Below, in pieces: positions 31,310 through 39,798 of a stretch of 64,000 nt of DNA. Origin of the DNA: an uncultured Ignavibacteria bacterium (GTDB lineage Bacteria > Zixibacteria > MSB-5A5 > DSPP01 > RBG-1); the NCBI GenBank assembly GCA_964399055.1, contig CAYNPJ010000001.1, forward strand, positions 1,255,347-1,319,346. The letters are read 5' to 3'. Both the position numbers and the translations under genes were made by a program. The number at the start of each line of letters is the position of its first letter. Position 1 is the stretch's first letter. The notes beneath the pieces were generated by a model. The model was given only the letters and a program-made list of their open reading frames with translations, did no database searches and was not told the origin of the DNA.

Positions 31310-32026
31310 CCGGGCCTGAACGCAGACCGGCACACCCTGTTTCTTCACCACGAATTTCTCATACATTCCGTCTAAAAACTTCCATAAAGTTCTGGATAAT
31401 TTTCTGGCAGATTGAAGGGCTTTAGCCTTATCTGTCTCAGCAGTAAAAGAGTCTAAAATCTCTTGGCTGATACGGGTGTGCTCAACATCTGCCTTTCGGT
31501 GAACGGTAAAGAATTCTATCTCTTCCGGCTTTGAAATTCCGTAGAATTTTGCCAGGGTCCGAATTTTCTCGTCAGAAACAGTCGGTATTTGCGACTCATA
31601 GGCATACAGGGCTGCCACTCCTTCGGCAAAGGATTTTTTCTGGCAGAGAGTCCTGAAAACCTTGTTCAATTCCAGAGTCTCAGGCAAAGGCCAGGCATTC
31701 TTCACTTCCTCTAAAGATAGTCCTAAGGCCTCACAGAACTGCAGCCAGAGCCGGGGGTGATTCTTCTCCCCTATTTCCTCGTCCATCAGGTTGCTTAACA
31801 ACAGTTGTCTGAATTCCAAAGTGGGGGCCTGGCTGTGAATGGCGGAAATAAAAGTTGGGAATTGATAGACAAATAAATAGTATTGTTTAGCATACTCCCG
31901 AATGGCATCCCGGTCTAACTTACCTTCGGTCCAGGTGGTGTAAAAGGGATGTTTAAGCATCTTTTTCTTTTCTACTATCCGGTCAATCTGCAGGCTTAAG
32001 GCCTCCTGAGCTGTTTTCAGCTGCAC
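31295..32026 (-). CDS. CADD/CT610-like heme-oxygenase-like dimetal oxidase (putative p-aminobenzoate synthase)
   Basis: HPFY, YAKQYY, NLMDEE...NH..LW, LYAYESQIP....EKI, FF.VH..AD.EH match Chlamydia CADD motifs; GTG start with RBS AAGGAGG. Confidence 0.85.
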   Translation of the reverse strand: MQLKTAQEALSLQIDRIVEKKKMLKHPFYTTWTEGKLDRDAIREYAKQYYLFVYQFPTFISAIHSQAPTLEFRQLLLSNLMDEEIGEKNHPRLWLQFCEALGLSLEEVKNAWPLPETLELNKVFRTLCQKKSFAEGVAALYAYESQIPTVSDEKIRTLAKFYGISKPEEIEFFTVHRKADVEHTRISQEILDSFTAETDKAKALQSARKLSRTLWKFLDGMYEKFVVKKQGVPVCVQARLYSK

Positions 32027-32171
32027 CTTTTCTCCTCCTTATGGTTTAGGCTCCAAATTAGGAATAGCAACTTCGTTCTATTTTATCTAAATAGAGAAGA
32101 ATGTCAAGCCTCCCCTATGCCGCAAAACCCTATTTACTGTAAAGATTCGTTATACGAAATTCAGTCCGGTC

Positions 32172-32738
32172 CTAATCCTCAAATCTTTCTTCCATCTCCT
32201 TAATCTTGGCTTTTAACTCATCAATCTCCTGCTTGAGCCTCTCCATTTCTTTATTCGGCCCCTTAATCTTGGAGACCGCCTTCTTGACCTGCTCTTCTAC
32301 CTCCTTAGTAAACTCCTTTGCCCGCACCTCACCTTTGTCCATTAATTCTCTTACTGCTTTGGCCTTCTGCCCCTCAGCCAACTCTCCCTGTTTAATCAGC
32401 TCCTCCACAATCTCAGTGGCTCTCTTGCGAGAAAGGCTCAGAGCTCCGATACCTGCCAAGACCGTCTTTTTTAAGACTCCCATGGAAAAATTTCCTCCTT
32501 TCAGGGCAATCTGCCTGATTATTTCGTTGTAATCTCGAACATTTTTACCTGCCTTGATTTGTTCGTACAGAATCTGAGCGTAAGTTTGCAGGGTTATATC
32601 CTTTTCATTTTCATTGTCAATAATCTGGTAATCTTCGCCTTCCTGTATTCCCCTGGCTAAGTCATCAAAGGTAACCGAATTCCCTTTTTCAAAATCATAA
32701 AGTTGCCTGTTTTTGTATTTCTTAATCAATCTGGACAT
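32172..32738 (-). CDS. PhaR-type DNA-binding domain fused to a phasin-like (granule-associated) coiled coil
   Basis: N-terminal RLIKKYKNRQLYD...V...D...I..GEDYQIID (PHB_acc_N); C-terminal LAGIGA.SL...A...VEELIKQGE (phasin-like); start chosen at MSRLIKK. Confidence 0.8.
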   Translation of the reverse strand: MSRLIKKYKNRQLYDFEKGNSVTFDDLARGIQEGEDYQIIDNENEKDITLQTYAQILYEQIKAGKNVRDYNEIIRQIALKGGNFSMGVLKKTVLAGIGALSLSRKRATEIVEELIKQGELAEGQKAKAVRELMDKGEVRAKEFTKEVEEQVKKAVSKIKGPNKEMERLKQEIDELKAKIKEMEERFED

Positions 32739-32871
32739 TTGATTCAATATCGTGCATTGCACAATGTTTGTCAAGTCGAAATTTAATTTTGTCGCATGAT
32801 TTAAGTTAATAGCGTTTTGCGAGTGCTAAGCCCATAAAGTTCTTCAAATTATCAGTTCCTCAAAATTTTTC

Positions 32872-32899
32872 TTGACAACCTCCTCCAGCCAATTATTTT
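32872..32899 (+). promoter_or_regulatory. Likely sigma70 promoter of the B12 uptake locus
   Basis: TTGACA-16nt-TATTTT immediately upstream of riboswitch 1. Confidence 0.55.
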
Positions 32900-32904
32900 T
32901 TATT

Positions 32905-33125
32905 CAAGTTCTTTGCCAATTTGAAACGGGAAGTCCGGTGCAAGTCCGGCACAGCCCCGCTACTGTAAAGGGATACGAAAGCCAGATTCTTGAGGTAGCT
33001 GCCATATGGCTTTAAGGGATGAAGATGCGCAGGCATTGTAAACCTTCTGCCTCAAGCTGAAACCATCCCGATATCTATCGGGAGAAGGTCTGGCGAATAG
33101 GTTCGAAGCCCTAAGTCAGGAGACC
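32905..33125 (+). promoter_or_regulatory. Cobalamin riboswitch 1 (AdoCbl class, with large peripheral insertion)
   Basis: GGGAAGTCCGGTGCAAGTCCGGCACAGCCCCGCTACTGTAA core, GGGAGAAGG, AAGTCAGGAGACC B12-box end; boundaries approximate. Confidence 0.93.
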
Positions 33126-33164
33126 GAAAAGTCCTTCGCGGGTTAAGGTGATTAATATTAATTT

Positions 33165-33187
33165 ACCCAACCGCGAGGTTGGGTTTT
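33165..33187 (+). terminator. Riboswitch 1 expression-platform terminator
   Basis: ACCCAACC-GCGA-GGTTGGGT followed by TTT; CCGCGAGG can alternatively pair with upstream CCTTCGCGG. Confidence 0.85.
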
Positions 33188-33209
33188 AATTTTATAACAG
33201 GAGGTTTAA

Positions 33210-33725
33210 ATGACATTTATCTTACCAGTTCTCTTTGTAATCATCGGCTTGTTATTCAGGCTAATCCCCCACGCCGCTAACTTCAGCCCTATCTTTGCCA
33301 TAGCCCTGTTCGGGGGAGTTTATCTGGCTGACCGCCGCCTGGCTCTGCTTATTCCGGTTCTGGCTCTGTTTGTGAGCGACCTCTTTATCGGCTTCTATTC
33401 GCCTGTGGTAATGGCTTCAGTCTACGCCGGCATGATTCTGACCTCTTTGTTAGGTCTCTGGCTGAAGGGTCACAAGTCCGTTATTAACATTTTCGGGACA
33501 GCCACAGCCAGTGCCCTGTTGTTCTTTTTGATTTCCAATTTCGGAGTCTGGCTAAATCCAGTTTCAGGCTACACCAAAGATTTGGCTGGCCTGATTCAGT
33601 GTTTTGTTTTAGCCTTGCCGTTTCTGAAAAATACCTTGGCCAGCAATTTGCTTTACTCAGCAGTCCTGTTCGGCGGATTTGAACTGACTGTATTAGCAAT
33701 GAAGAGAAAGCCTGTCCAGGCTTAG
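33210..33725 (+). CDS. DUF6580-like membrane protein (solitary ECF S-component-like, probable corrinoid uptake)
   Basis: RLIPHAANFSPIFAIALFGG, SNFGVW, Y.K.LAGL..C...ALPF..N; riboswitch-controlled; RBS AGGAGG. Confidence 0.75.
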   Translation: MTFILPVLFVIIGLLFRLIPHAANFSPIFAIALFGGVYLADRRLALLIPVLALFVSDLFIGFYSPVVMASVYAGMILTSLLGLWLKGHKSVINIFGTATASALLFFLISNFGVWLNPVSGYTKDLAGLIQCFVLALPFLKNTLASNLLYSAVLFGGFELTVLAMKRKPVQA

Positions 33726-33754
33726 TTTTATTGGTTTGGTTTTTGCCAACTTTT

Positions 33755-33934
33755 AGAAAGCTCTTTTAAAGTTCTATCGGGAAGTCCGGTGAAAGTCCGG
33801 CACAGCCCCGCTACTGTAAAGGGATACGAAAGCCACCTTTCAGGCTGAATTGCTGTTGCCTGAAAGAAGCCATCACCGATAACCATCGGGGAGAAGGCCT
33901 GGCGAATAGGCTCGAAGCCCTGAGTCAGGAGACC
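33755..33934 (+). promoter_or_regulatory. Cobalamin riboswitch 2
   Basis: GGGAAGTCCGGTGAAAGTCCGGCACAGCCCCGCTACTGTAA...GGGGAGAAGG...GAGTCAGGAGACC; near-copy of riboswitch 1; boundaries approximate. Confidence 0.93.
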
Positions 33935-33972
33935 GTAAATCCTTCGCGGGTAAGGTGAGTTACAAAAATTCA

Positions 33973-33997
33973 GCCCAACCGCAAGGTTGGGTTTTTT
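33973..33997 (+). terminator. Riboswitch 2 expression-platform terminator
   Basis: GCCCAACC-GCAA-GGTTGGGT followed by TTTTT, a few nt before the btuB start. Confidence 0.88.
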
Positions 33998-34003
33998 AGT
34001 TAT

Positions 34004-36172
34004 ATGACCAGATATATATTACAAATCATACTCATTGTTCTAAGTGCAACTCTAAGTCTGGCCCAGACCAGCACTAAAATTGTAGGCCAGGTAAAGGGCA
34101 GAGCTACACTATCACCTCTGTCTGGAGCGACAGTTTCAATTGTCGGCTCTGGCTATTCTGTTACTGCGGATGAACAGGGGGTTTTTCGTTTTGAGAATTT
34201 GCCAGCCGGAGAATATCAGCTCATCACCCGCTCCTTAGGATACAAGCCAGCCATCAGTCCAGTTGTCACAATAACCGAAGATAATACTGTCAGTCTGACC
34301 ATTTTTCTCTTGCCGGAGCCGATAACTCTGCCGCCTGAAGTCGTGGAAACTTCTCTTGGGGAATTAGAGCCTTTATCAAGTGTCATACTTGAAGAAGACC
34401 AGATTCAGCGCCTCTCCCCTGTCAATCTGAGCGAAGTTTTAAACACTTTGCCCGGCATCCAGGTTCAGCAGGCCGGACCTAATGGGCCTGCTCGCATATC
34501 TATCCGCGGCTCAGGCACAGACCAGGTTTTGGTTCTGTTGAATGGCTTGCGTTTGAACTCAGCTCAGACTGGAGAGGCTGACTTGAATGCCATACCGGTC
34601 AGCCAAGTAAAGAGAATTGAACTAATTAAAGGAGCCCAGACTGCCCTGTACGGAGCAGATGCCTTAGCCGGAGTGGTCAACATCATAACTTCCAGTGCCG
34701 GTCTTACTGAAGGTCTAAAGATAGACTCCAAATATTCTGCTGGCTCCTATGGCTTTCGTCTCTGGGAATCTGCGCTGGAACAAACTTTTGCTGATAATTT
34801 GAATGTTTCCATTTCAGCAAATAACTCAAACTCTGATGGAGATTTCACCTATCCTGATTCAGGCAAAATTATAACCCGCAAGAATTCCGGCCATATTTCC
34901 GGAAATTTGTTTCTTGACCTCGGCTGGCACACTTCCGACCAGACTCAGGCTCGGCTCTCGATCTTTAAGTATTTCGCCCGCCACCTGCTCCCTGGTCCCT
35001 TATTGCAGACTAATGACAGCGCCTACAGCAAGGATAATCGCTTTAATCTGACTCTTAACTCTTTGGTCAGGCTAAGTCGTCACGTCTGGCTGGAGAGTAA
35101 AGCCGGCTATCAGGACTGGAGGCAAACTTATCATATCCAGGAACCATTCTACATTCCGGTCAATGTCGATTACGCCAACCGCAACTATGAATCCGACACC
35201 CGTCTCAATTATTCCCATAAAAACTTCAAGCTAACCCATGGAATTTCTTTCTTGCACTCTTCTTTAACCGGCGATGACCACCAACGACCGGCACAAAGCA
35301 TCGGAACTGTAAAGCGCAGTGCACTATCAACCTTCTTCTCCGGCCAGCAGAGTCTGAAAGAAAAGCTAATTGACTTAGTGGTTATCTCCGGTGCTTTCCG
35401 GTTTGACAAAACCACCGCCTTTAAATCAGAGTGGTCCCCTCAATTAGGATTGCTCTTATCTCAAGGTGAATCCACTAAGCTCTCTTTTAAGACCAATTGG
35501 AGCAAAGCCTATCACAATCCTTCTCTGAATGCACTCTTCTGGAAAGAGGATGCTTATTCTTCCGGCAATCCCAATCTGAAGCCGGAAAGGTCGACCAATT
35601 TCGAAGCTGGCCTGGAATTGCGTTTGCCCCTGTTTGGAGAAATTACAGCCGGACAGACTTATTTTCACAACAACATAAAAGACCTGATTGTCTGGCAGCG
35701 AGGCTTTGACGGCAAATATTCCCCTTTTAACGTGGCCAGGACTAGAATTGAGGGCTATGAACAATATCTCCGGTGGCAATCAACTGGACAATTATTGGAA
35801 TTAGAATTCAACCACACCAGAACCGATGCGCTTAACCAGACCGAAATTCACACTAAATACAATAATCTCCTCCCTTTTCGTCCCCGGCACCTGTATAATT
35901 TCAAATTTTATCTCCATTCAGAAAAGTTAGATGTGGGCCTGAACAGCCGCTATGCCAGCCGGAGATTCACCCGCGAACAGAACACCAGCGGCAAGATTCT
36001 CTCAGCTTACACCATTTGGGATTTGCTGCTGAAGTTCAAACATCAAATCAAAGGAGCAGAACTTAGTTTAACCGTAGGAGCTTACAACTTTACAGACCAG
36101 TACTACGAGCTGATTGAGCGCTATCCCATGCCCGGGCGCGAGTATCGCTTGATAGCTCAGTTTTCCCTGTGA
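34004..36172 (+). CDS. btuB: TonB-dependent vitamin B12 receptor with N-terminal carboxypeptidase-regulatory-like domain
   Basis: Plug motifs SIRG....QVLVL.NG, IELIKG...ALYG.DA..GVVNIIT; NPNLKPE; C-terminal P.PGR.Y barrel end; cobalamin riboswitch upstream. Confidence 0.88.
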   Translation: MTRYILQIILIVLSATLSLAQTSTKIVGQVKGRATLSPLSGATVSIVGSGYSVTADEQGVFRFENLPAGEYQLITRSLGYKPAISPVVTITEDNTVSLTIFLLPEPITLPPEVVETSLGELEPLSSVILEEDQIQRLSPVNLSEVLNTLPGIQVQQAGPNGPARISIRGSGTDQVLVLLNGLRLNSAQTGEADLNAIPVSQVKRIELIKGAQTALYGADALAGVVNIITSSAGLTEGLKIDSKYSAGSYGFRLWESALEQTFADNLNVSISANNSNSDGDFTYPDSGKIITRKNSGHISGNLFLDLGWHTSDQTQARLSIFKYFARHLLPGPLLQTNDSAYSKDNRFNLTLNSLVRLSRHVWLESKAGYQDWRQTYHIQEPFYIPVNVDYANRNYESDTRLNYSHKNFKLTHGISFLHSSLTGDDHQRPAQSIGTVKRSALSTFFSGQQSLKEKLIDLVVISGAFRFDKTTAFKSEWSPQLGLLLSQGESTKLSFKTNWSKAYHNPSLNALFWKEDAYSSGNPNLKPERSTNFEAGLELRLPLFGEITAGQTYFHNNIKDLIVWQRGFDGKYSPFNVARTRIEGYEQYLRWQSTGQLLELEFNHTRTDALNQTEIHTKYNNLLPFRPRHLYNFKFYLHSEKLDVGLNSRYASRRFTREQNTSGKILSAYTIWDLLLKFKHQIKGAELSLTVGAYNFTDQYYELIERYPMPGREYRLIAQFSL

Positions 36173-36222
36173 AGTGACGCTATAAACAAAGAACGCAGTT
36201 ATCTATTTCTTAAGGAGATAAA

Positions 36223-37416
36223 ATGAAAAAACTTTTAACTCCACTTGTGTTACTATGCCTATCGGTCACAGCCATCGCTCAGATTCCCCGCACTCTCTAT
36301 GTGGTCAATGGCCTGGCTGAAACCTTGAGTAAAATCAATCTGGAGACCGGCCAGGTGACTAATCACATAGTCACCTTAGGAATTGTGCCTAACCAGGTTG
36401 TAGTAAAAGGTAAAAGAGCCTATGTGGTCAACTCGGTCTCCTCCAATATTCAGAAAATTGACCTTAACGCCGACACTACGCTGGGCTCCATTTATGTAGG
36501 GGCTGGCAAAAATCCCTACAACCTGACTTTTGCCGATTCCCAGATTGCCTATGTTTCCAACTTCTCGGCTAATACCATATCTGAGATTGACGTAATTGAT
36601 GACACCGTTTTAGCGGAATTTCCTATCGGCCAGTCACCAGAAGGGTTGCTCTTTTACAAAGGCAAACTCTATGTCTGCAATACCGGCTTTAATCCCAATG
36701 ATTTCTCCTACGGCCAGGGGACAATCGCAGTCTTCGACCCGGCTTTAGACTCGGTCGTCACTGTAATAAACGTGGGCAAGAATCCACAATATATCAAAGC
36801 AGATTTTCAGGGCCGAATACATGTAATATGTACTGGCGATTACTTTTCGACTTTTGGAATTGCATACATAATCAATCCTGTTTCAAATTCTCTAGTCGAT
36901 TCCCTCCCCTTAGGAGGCATGCCCGGGCAATTCAGTATTGGCTGGCCCGGAACGGCTTTAATCTCTGCTGGTGGTTATGATACCAATGGACTGGTCTATT
37001 CATATTTCACCACCAACTACTCAGTTTTACATGATGACTCCAATCCCATTCTGGTCAATCTTGGCGCCAGCGACGTGGCTGTGGATAAACTTAGCTCGGC
37101 ATATGTGTCATGTTTTTCTGCCTCGACCGTTGACAGAGTTGATTATGAGGGAAATTCCTCAGACACCTTTCTGGTCGGAGATGGACCCCTTTCTGCAGCC
37201 ATTTATGACCCTAGGCCTAATGGCGATGCCACCGGAGACAATAATCTTACCTTACCTGACATCATCGCAATTGTAAATTATATCTTCAAAGGCGGCCAAA
37301 TCACTGGCAGTATAGGCTATGCCGAGTGCAATTGTGACGGCAAGATAACCTTGTCCGATGTCATCCAGTTGGTAAACTATGTATTTAAGTCCGGTCCCTT
37401 ACCCTGTGAATTCTAA
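36223..37416 (+). CDS. YncE/BtuG-like beta-propeller with C-terminal dockerin-like module
   Basis: Sec signal; repeated blades (LYVVN, I.VG..P, AYVSN, GQSPEGL..YKGKLYVCN); GDATGD..TL.DI..IVNYIF duplicated EF-hand-like tail; follows btuB. Confidence 0.8.
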   Translation: MKKLLTPLVLLCLSVTAIAQIPRTLYVVNGLAETLSKINLETGQVTNHIVTLGIVPNQVVVKGKRAYVVNSVSSNIQKIDLNADTTLGSIYVGAGKNPYNLTFADSQIAYVSNFSANTISEIDVIDDTVLAEFPIGQSPEGLLFYKGKLYVCNTGFNPNDFSYGQGTIAVFDPALDSVVTVINVGKNPQYIKADFQGRIHVICTGDYFSTFGIAYIINPVSNSLVDSLPLGGMPGQFSIGWPGTALISAGGYDTNGLVYSYFTTNYSVLHDDSNPILVNLGASDVAVDKLSSAYVSCFSASTVDRVDYEGNSSDTFLVGDGPLSAAIYDPRPNGDATGDNNLTLPDIIAIVNYIFKGGQITGSIGYAECNCDGKITLSDVIQLVNYVFKSGPLPCEF

Positions 37417-37699
37417 TAGGTTAAAGTTACAAAAGAGAGCCGGCTTGCAGAATTTATGAAATGCCCTGCATATACCTACAATTGACTCGTAAGAATAATC
37501 GCCAATTCTGGCGACCGATCGGCCACTAAAATGAGGTTTACCTGTCTTACACTTTCTGAGACGAATGGTAAACTTTTTTAACTACTTGGTCTTTGCTCAG
37601 GTCAGGCGGTAAGCCTTTTGGGAGCGTGTTTCTCGAAAAATAATGCTTGCGTAAAGGCACAGCTCTTGCTATTTTATTCTTTGAGAAAGTATCAAATTT

Positions 37700-37766
37700 G
37701 GGAGTGGTGTCGTCCTGAATAAGGACCACCCCGTTAAGCGCGGGGCATCCCCCCTCCACCACTCCC
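37700..37766. other. GC-rich three-way-junction-forming element of unknown function
   Basis: 10-bp closing stem GGGAGTGGTG/CACCACTCCC enclosing hairpins GTCCT-gaata-AGGAC and CCCCG-ttaagcg-CGGGG, in AT-rich flanks. Confidence 0.4.
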
Positions 37767-37826
37767 ATTTTTATTTCTAATTTTCTCAAACATTCAATAA
37801 ATTTCTGCTAAAGATGGAAAAAGAAG

Positions 37827-37887
37827 GTAGACCCACCTTGTCCTCAAGGTGGGATATGTTTCCCAGGTTGGGACAACCTGGGTCTAC
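37827..37887. repeat. REP-like palindromic element, family C (copy 1)
   Basis: GTAGACCCACCTTG-tcct-CAAGGTGGG...CCCAGGTTG-gga-CAACCTGGGTCTAC; second copy at 62077. Confidence 0.8.
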
Positions 37888-37900
37888 AAACTATGAAATG

Positions 37901-37933
37901 AAAAAGCCGAACCCAATTGAGTCCGGCTTTTTT
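37901..37933 (-). terminator. Bidirectional-type intrinsic terminator downstream of the M14 peptidase
   Basis: AAAAAGCCG...CGGCTTTTTT. Confidence 0.75.
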
Positions 37934-37949
37934 CTCCTGATAAAGTTTT

Positions 37950-39779
37950 TTATCCCGGGATACAGCAGATATCCGAACTGACCGGGTCCCAGGGTCCTCC
38001 CGGTTTACTGAAGACGTAGTTTACGGCCTGAATCACGTCCGAGAGGGTAATATTGCCAGTGGCATTCCAGTCACCCCGACAGAGCAGATTTGACAACCAG
38101 CATAGAGGCTGTGGCGTACAACCAGGCTTGTTGAAGACATAGTTAACTATGGCGATTACGTCTGCCAGTGTGTAATTCCCGCTGGCATTGGCATCACCCG
38201 GCAGCTGGGCGCCGCTACAGAGCATGTCAACTAACACAGGGATGAGGGTGGTGTCACTGTAGGGAGCGGTCAGACTGTTATAGCTGAGAATCTTAATCTC
38301 AGAGTAATAAGATCCTCCCAGATTCAGATTCTCAGAAGTCAGCCTGACATCAAGGATAAATGTATCCAGAGCCGGTATGGTGGTATCATTATTCTCCGGA
38401 ATCAGGGTCAGCCATTCCGGCGATTCACTGCTCTGGGCTTTAAAATTCACGGTTCCATTGTTACCGTGATTATACAGAATCAGAGGTATGCTTAGACTGT
38501 CCCCCCAATAGACCACGGTATCTATGAAAACTGGTTCAGTGGCCAGGGACCAGAAGGAGCGTTGAGAATACGGCCCGGCAAACTCCGCAAACAGAAGATT
38601 AGCCTCTAAATTTTCTAGGGTCATTACCGGAATCATATAAGCCGGCGGCCAGAAACCTCCGTCTTCGCTTCCTCCGACTTCCGGAGTAAAACTCAAGGAT
38701 TTTTTCTTTAAGAACTGCTCCCCGTACATCCAGTCATCCGCATCCCCATTGGTCTCGTAGATGGTGCTGTATCCAGGACCCCAGACGTAGTTGTTTACCG
38801 AAGTGGCCGTCTCAGCCAAAACCTCATACACCAATCGATCGGGTGGCTGGAAACCAATATACCCCCAGGCATACAGTAACAAGTCACTAAAAGTGTGATA
38901 GTTTACAGTTATTACGAAGTCACGGGCCAGCACAAAATCTCTTATAGCCTGGGTCTCCGGCTCTGAGAATGGGGCCGTACCCCGGTAAGTCTGGCTGGAG
39001 GGAGAAGCAGAAGAACCAATGTTGTTATAACCCCACTTGTATCCATAATTGCGGTTCAAATCCACTCCAAAGCTCCCCCCGTTATCTCGACGATTCTTGC
39101 GCCACAGGCCACCCCCTTCTGGGGCAATAAACTCGTTATAGTGATACCCATCCGGGTTGGCCACCGGTATAAACCACAGCTCCCGGTTGTTGACGATGCT
39201 GTCCACTCTGGCGTTGGAGCCATAATTGTCGGTTAAATAGTGCATGAAGTACAGCAAAACTTCCATTCCCATAGGCTCCCGGGCATGGGTGAGAGCGTTG
39301 AAGAAAACTTCCGGCTCGTCTTCATCTATTTCCGGATTGTCCGAGACCTTCATGGCATAAATCGGGCGTCCTTCTATGGTATAGCCGATGCTGTCTTTGG
39401 CAGTGGTTAGTCCTGGATACTGGTTGTGAATTGAATCCATGACCAGATAGACTTCATCCAGAGTGTGATATCCCCCCATGTCCATCTGACCGGTCAGTTT
39501 CGACTGCAGATAGGCGGTCATGTCCGCATGTATCACTTTATAACTGTAGCCTGCTTCCGAAATAGCCAAGAGGTCTTCGTCACTAACTAAAATTTCAACG
39601 TATTGGTCTGGCATGATTTCAACGATGTCCAGTCCCAGTGCCTGTAGATTTTGTATGTCTGCTCTGTTTTCAATTCCTACTTGGATTAAAGCTGGCCTCT
39701 CTGCAGTGGCAGACATCAGCAAACCAACCCATAATAGGGTAATTCCCCCGCTCAAGAGCAACAGATTTTTAAGCTTCAT
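37950..39779 (-). CDS. Secreted zinc carboxypeptidase (M14, carboxypeptidase T-like) with Cys-rich dockerin-like tail
   Basis: THARE, WRKNR, GVDLNRNY, SEPETQA, NYHTFS, EVG motifs; GDANASG...DV..IVNYVF tail. Confidence 0.92.
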   Translation of the reverse strand: MKLKNLLLLSGGITLLWVGLLMSATAERPALIQVGIENRADIQNLQALGLDIVEIMPDQYVEILVSDEDLLAISEAGYSYKVIHADMTAYLQSKLTGQMDMGGYHTLDEVYLVMDSIHNQYPGLTTAKDSIGYTIEGRPIYAMKVSDNPEIDEDEPEVFFNALTHAREPMGMEVLLYFMHYLTDNYGSNARVDSIVNNRELWFIPVANPDGYHYNEFIAPEGGGLWRKNRRDNGGSFGVDLNRNYGYKWGYNNIGSSASPSSQTYRGTAPFSEPETQAIRDFVLARDFVITVNYHTFSDLLLYAWGYIGFQPPDRLVYEVLAETATSVNNYVWGPGYSTIYETNGDADDWMYGEQFLKKKSLSFTPEVGGSEDGGFWPPAYMIPVMTLENLEANLLFAEFAGPYSQRSFWSLATEPVFIDTVVYWGDSLSIPLILYNHGNNGTVNFKAQSSESPEWLTLIPENNDTTIPALDTFILDVRLTSENLNLGGSYYSEIKILSYNSLTAPYSDTTLIPVLVDMLCSGAQLPGDANASGNYTLADVIAIVNYVFNKPGCTPQPLCWLSNLLCRGDWNATGNITLSDVIQAVNYVFSKPGGPWDPVSSDICCIPG

Positions 39780-39798
39780 TCTCTCCGCCGTTTCCGGT

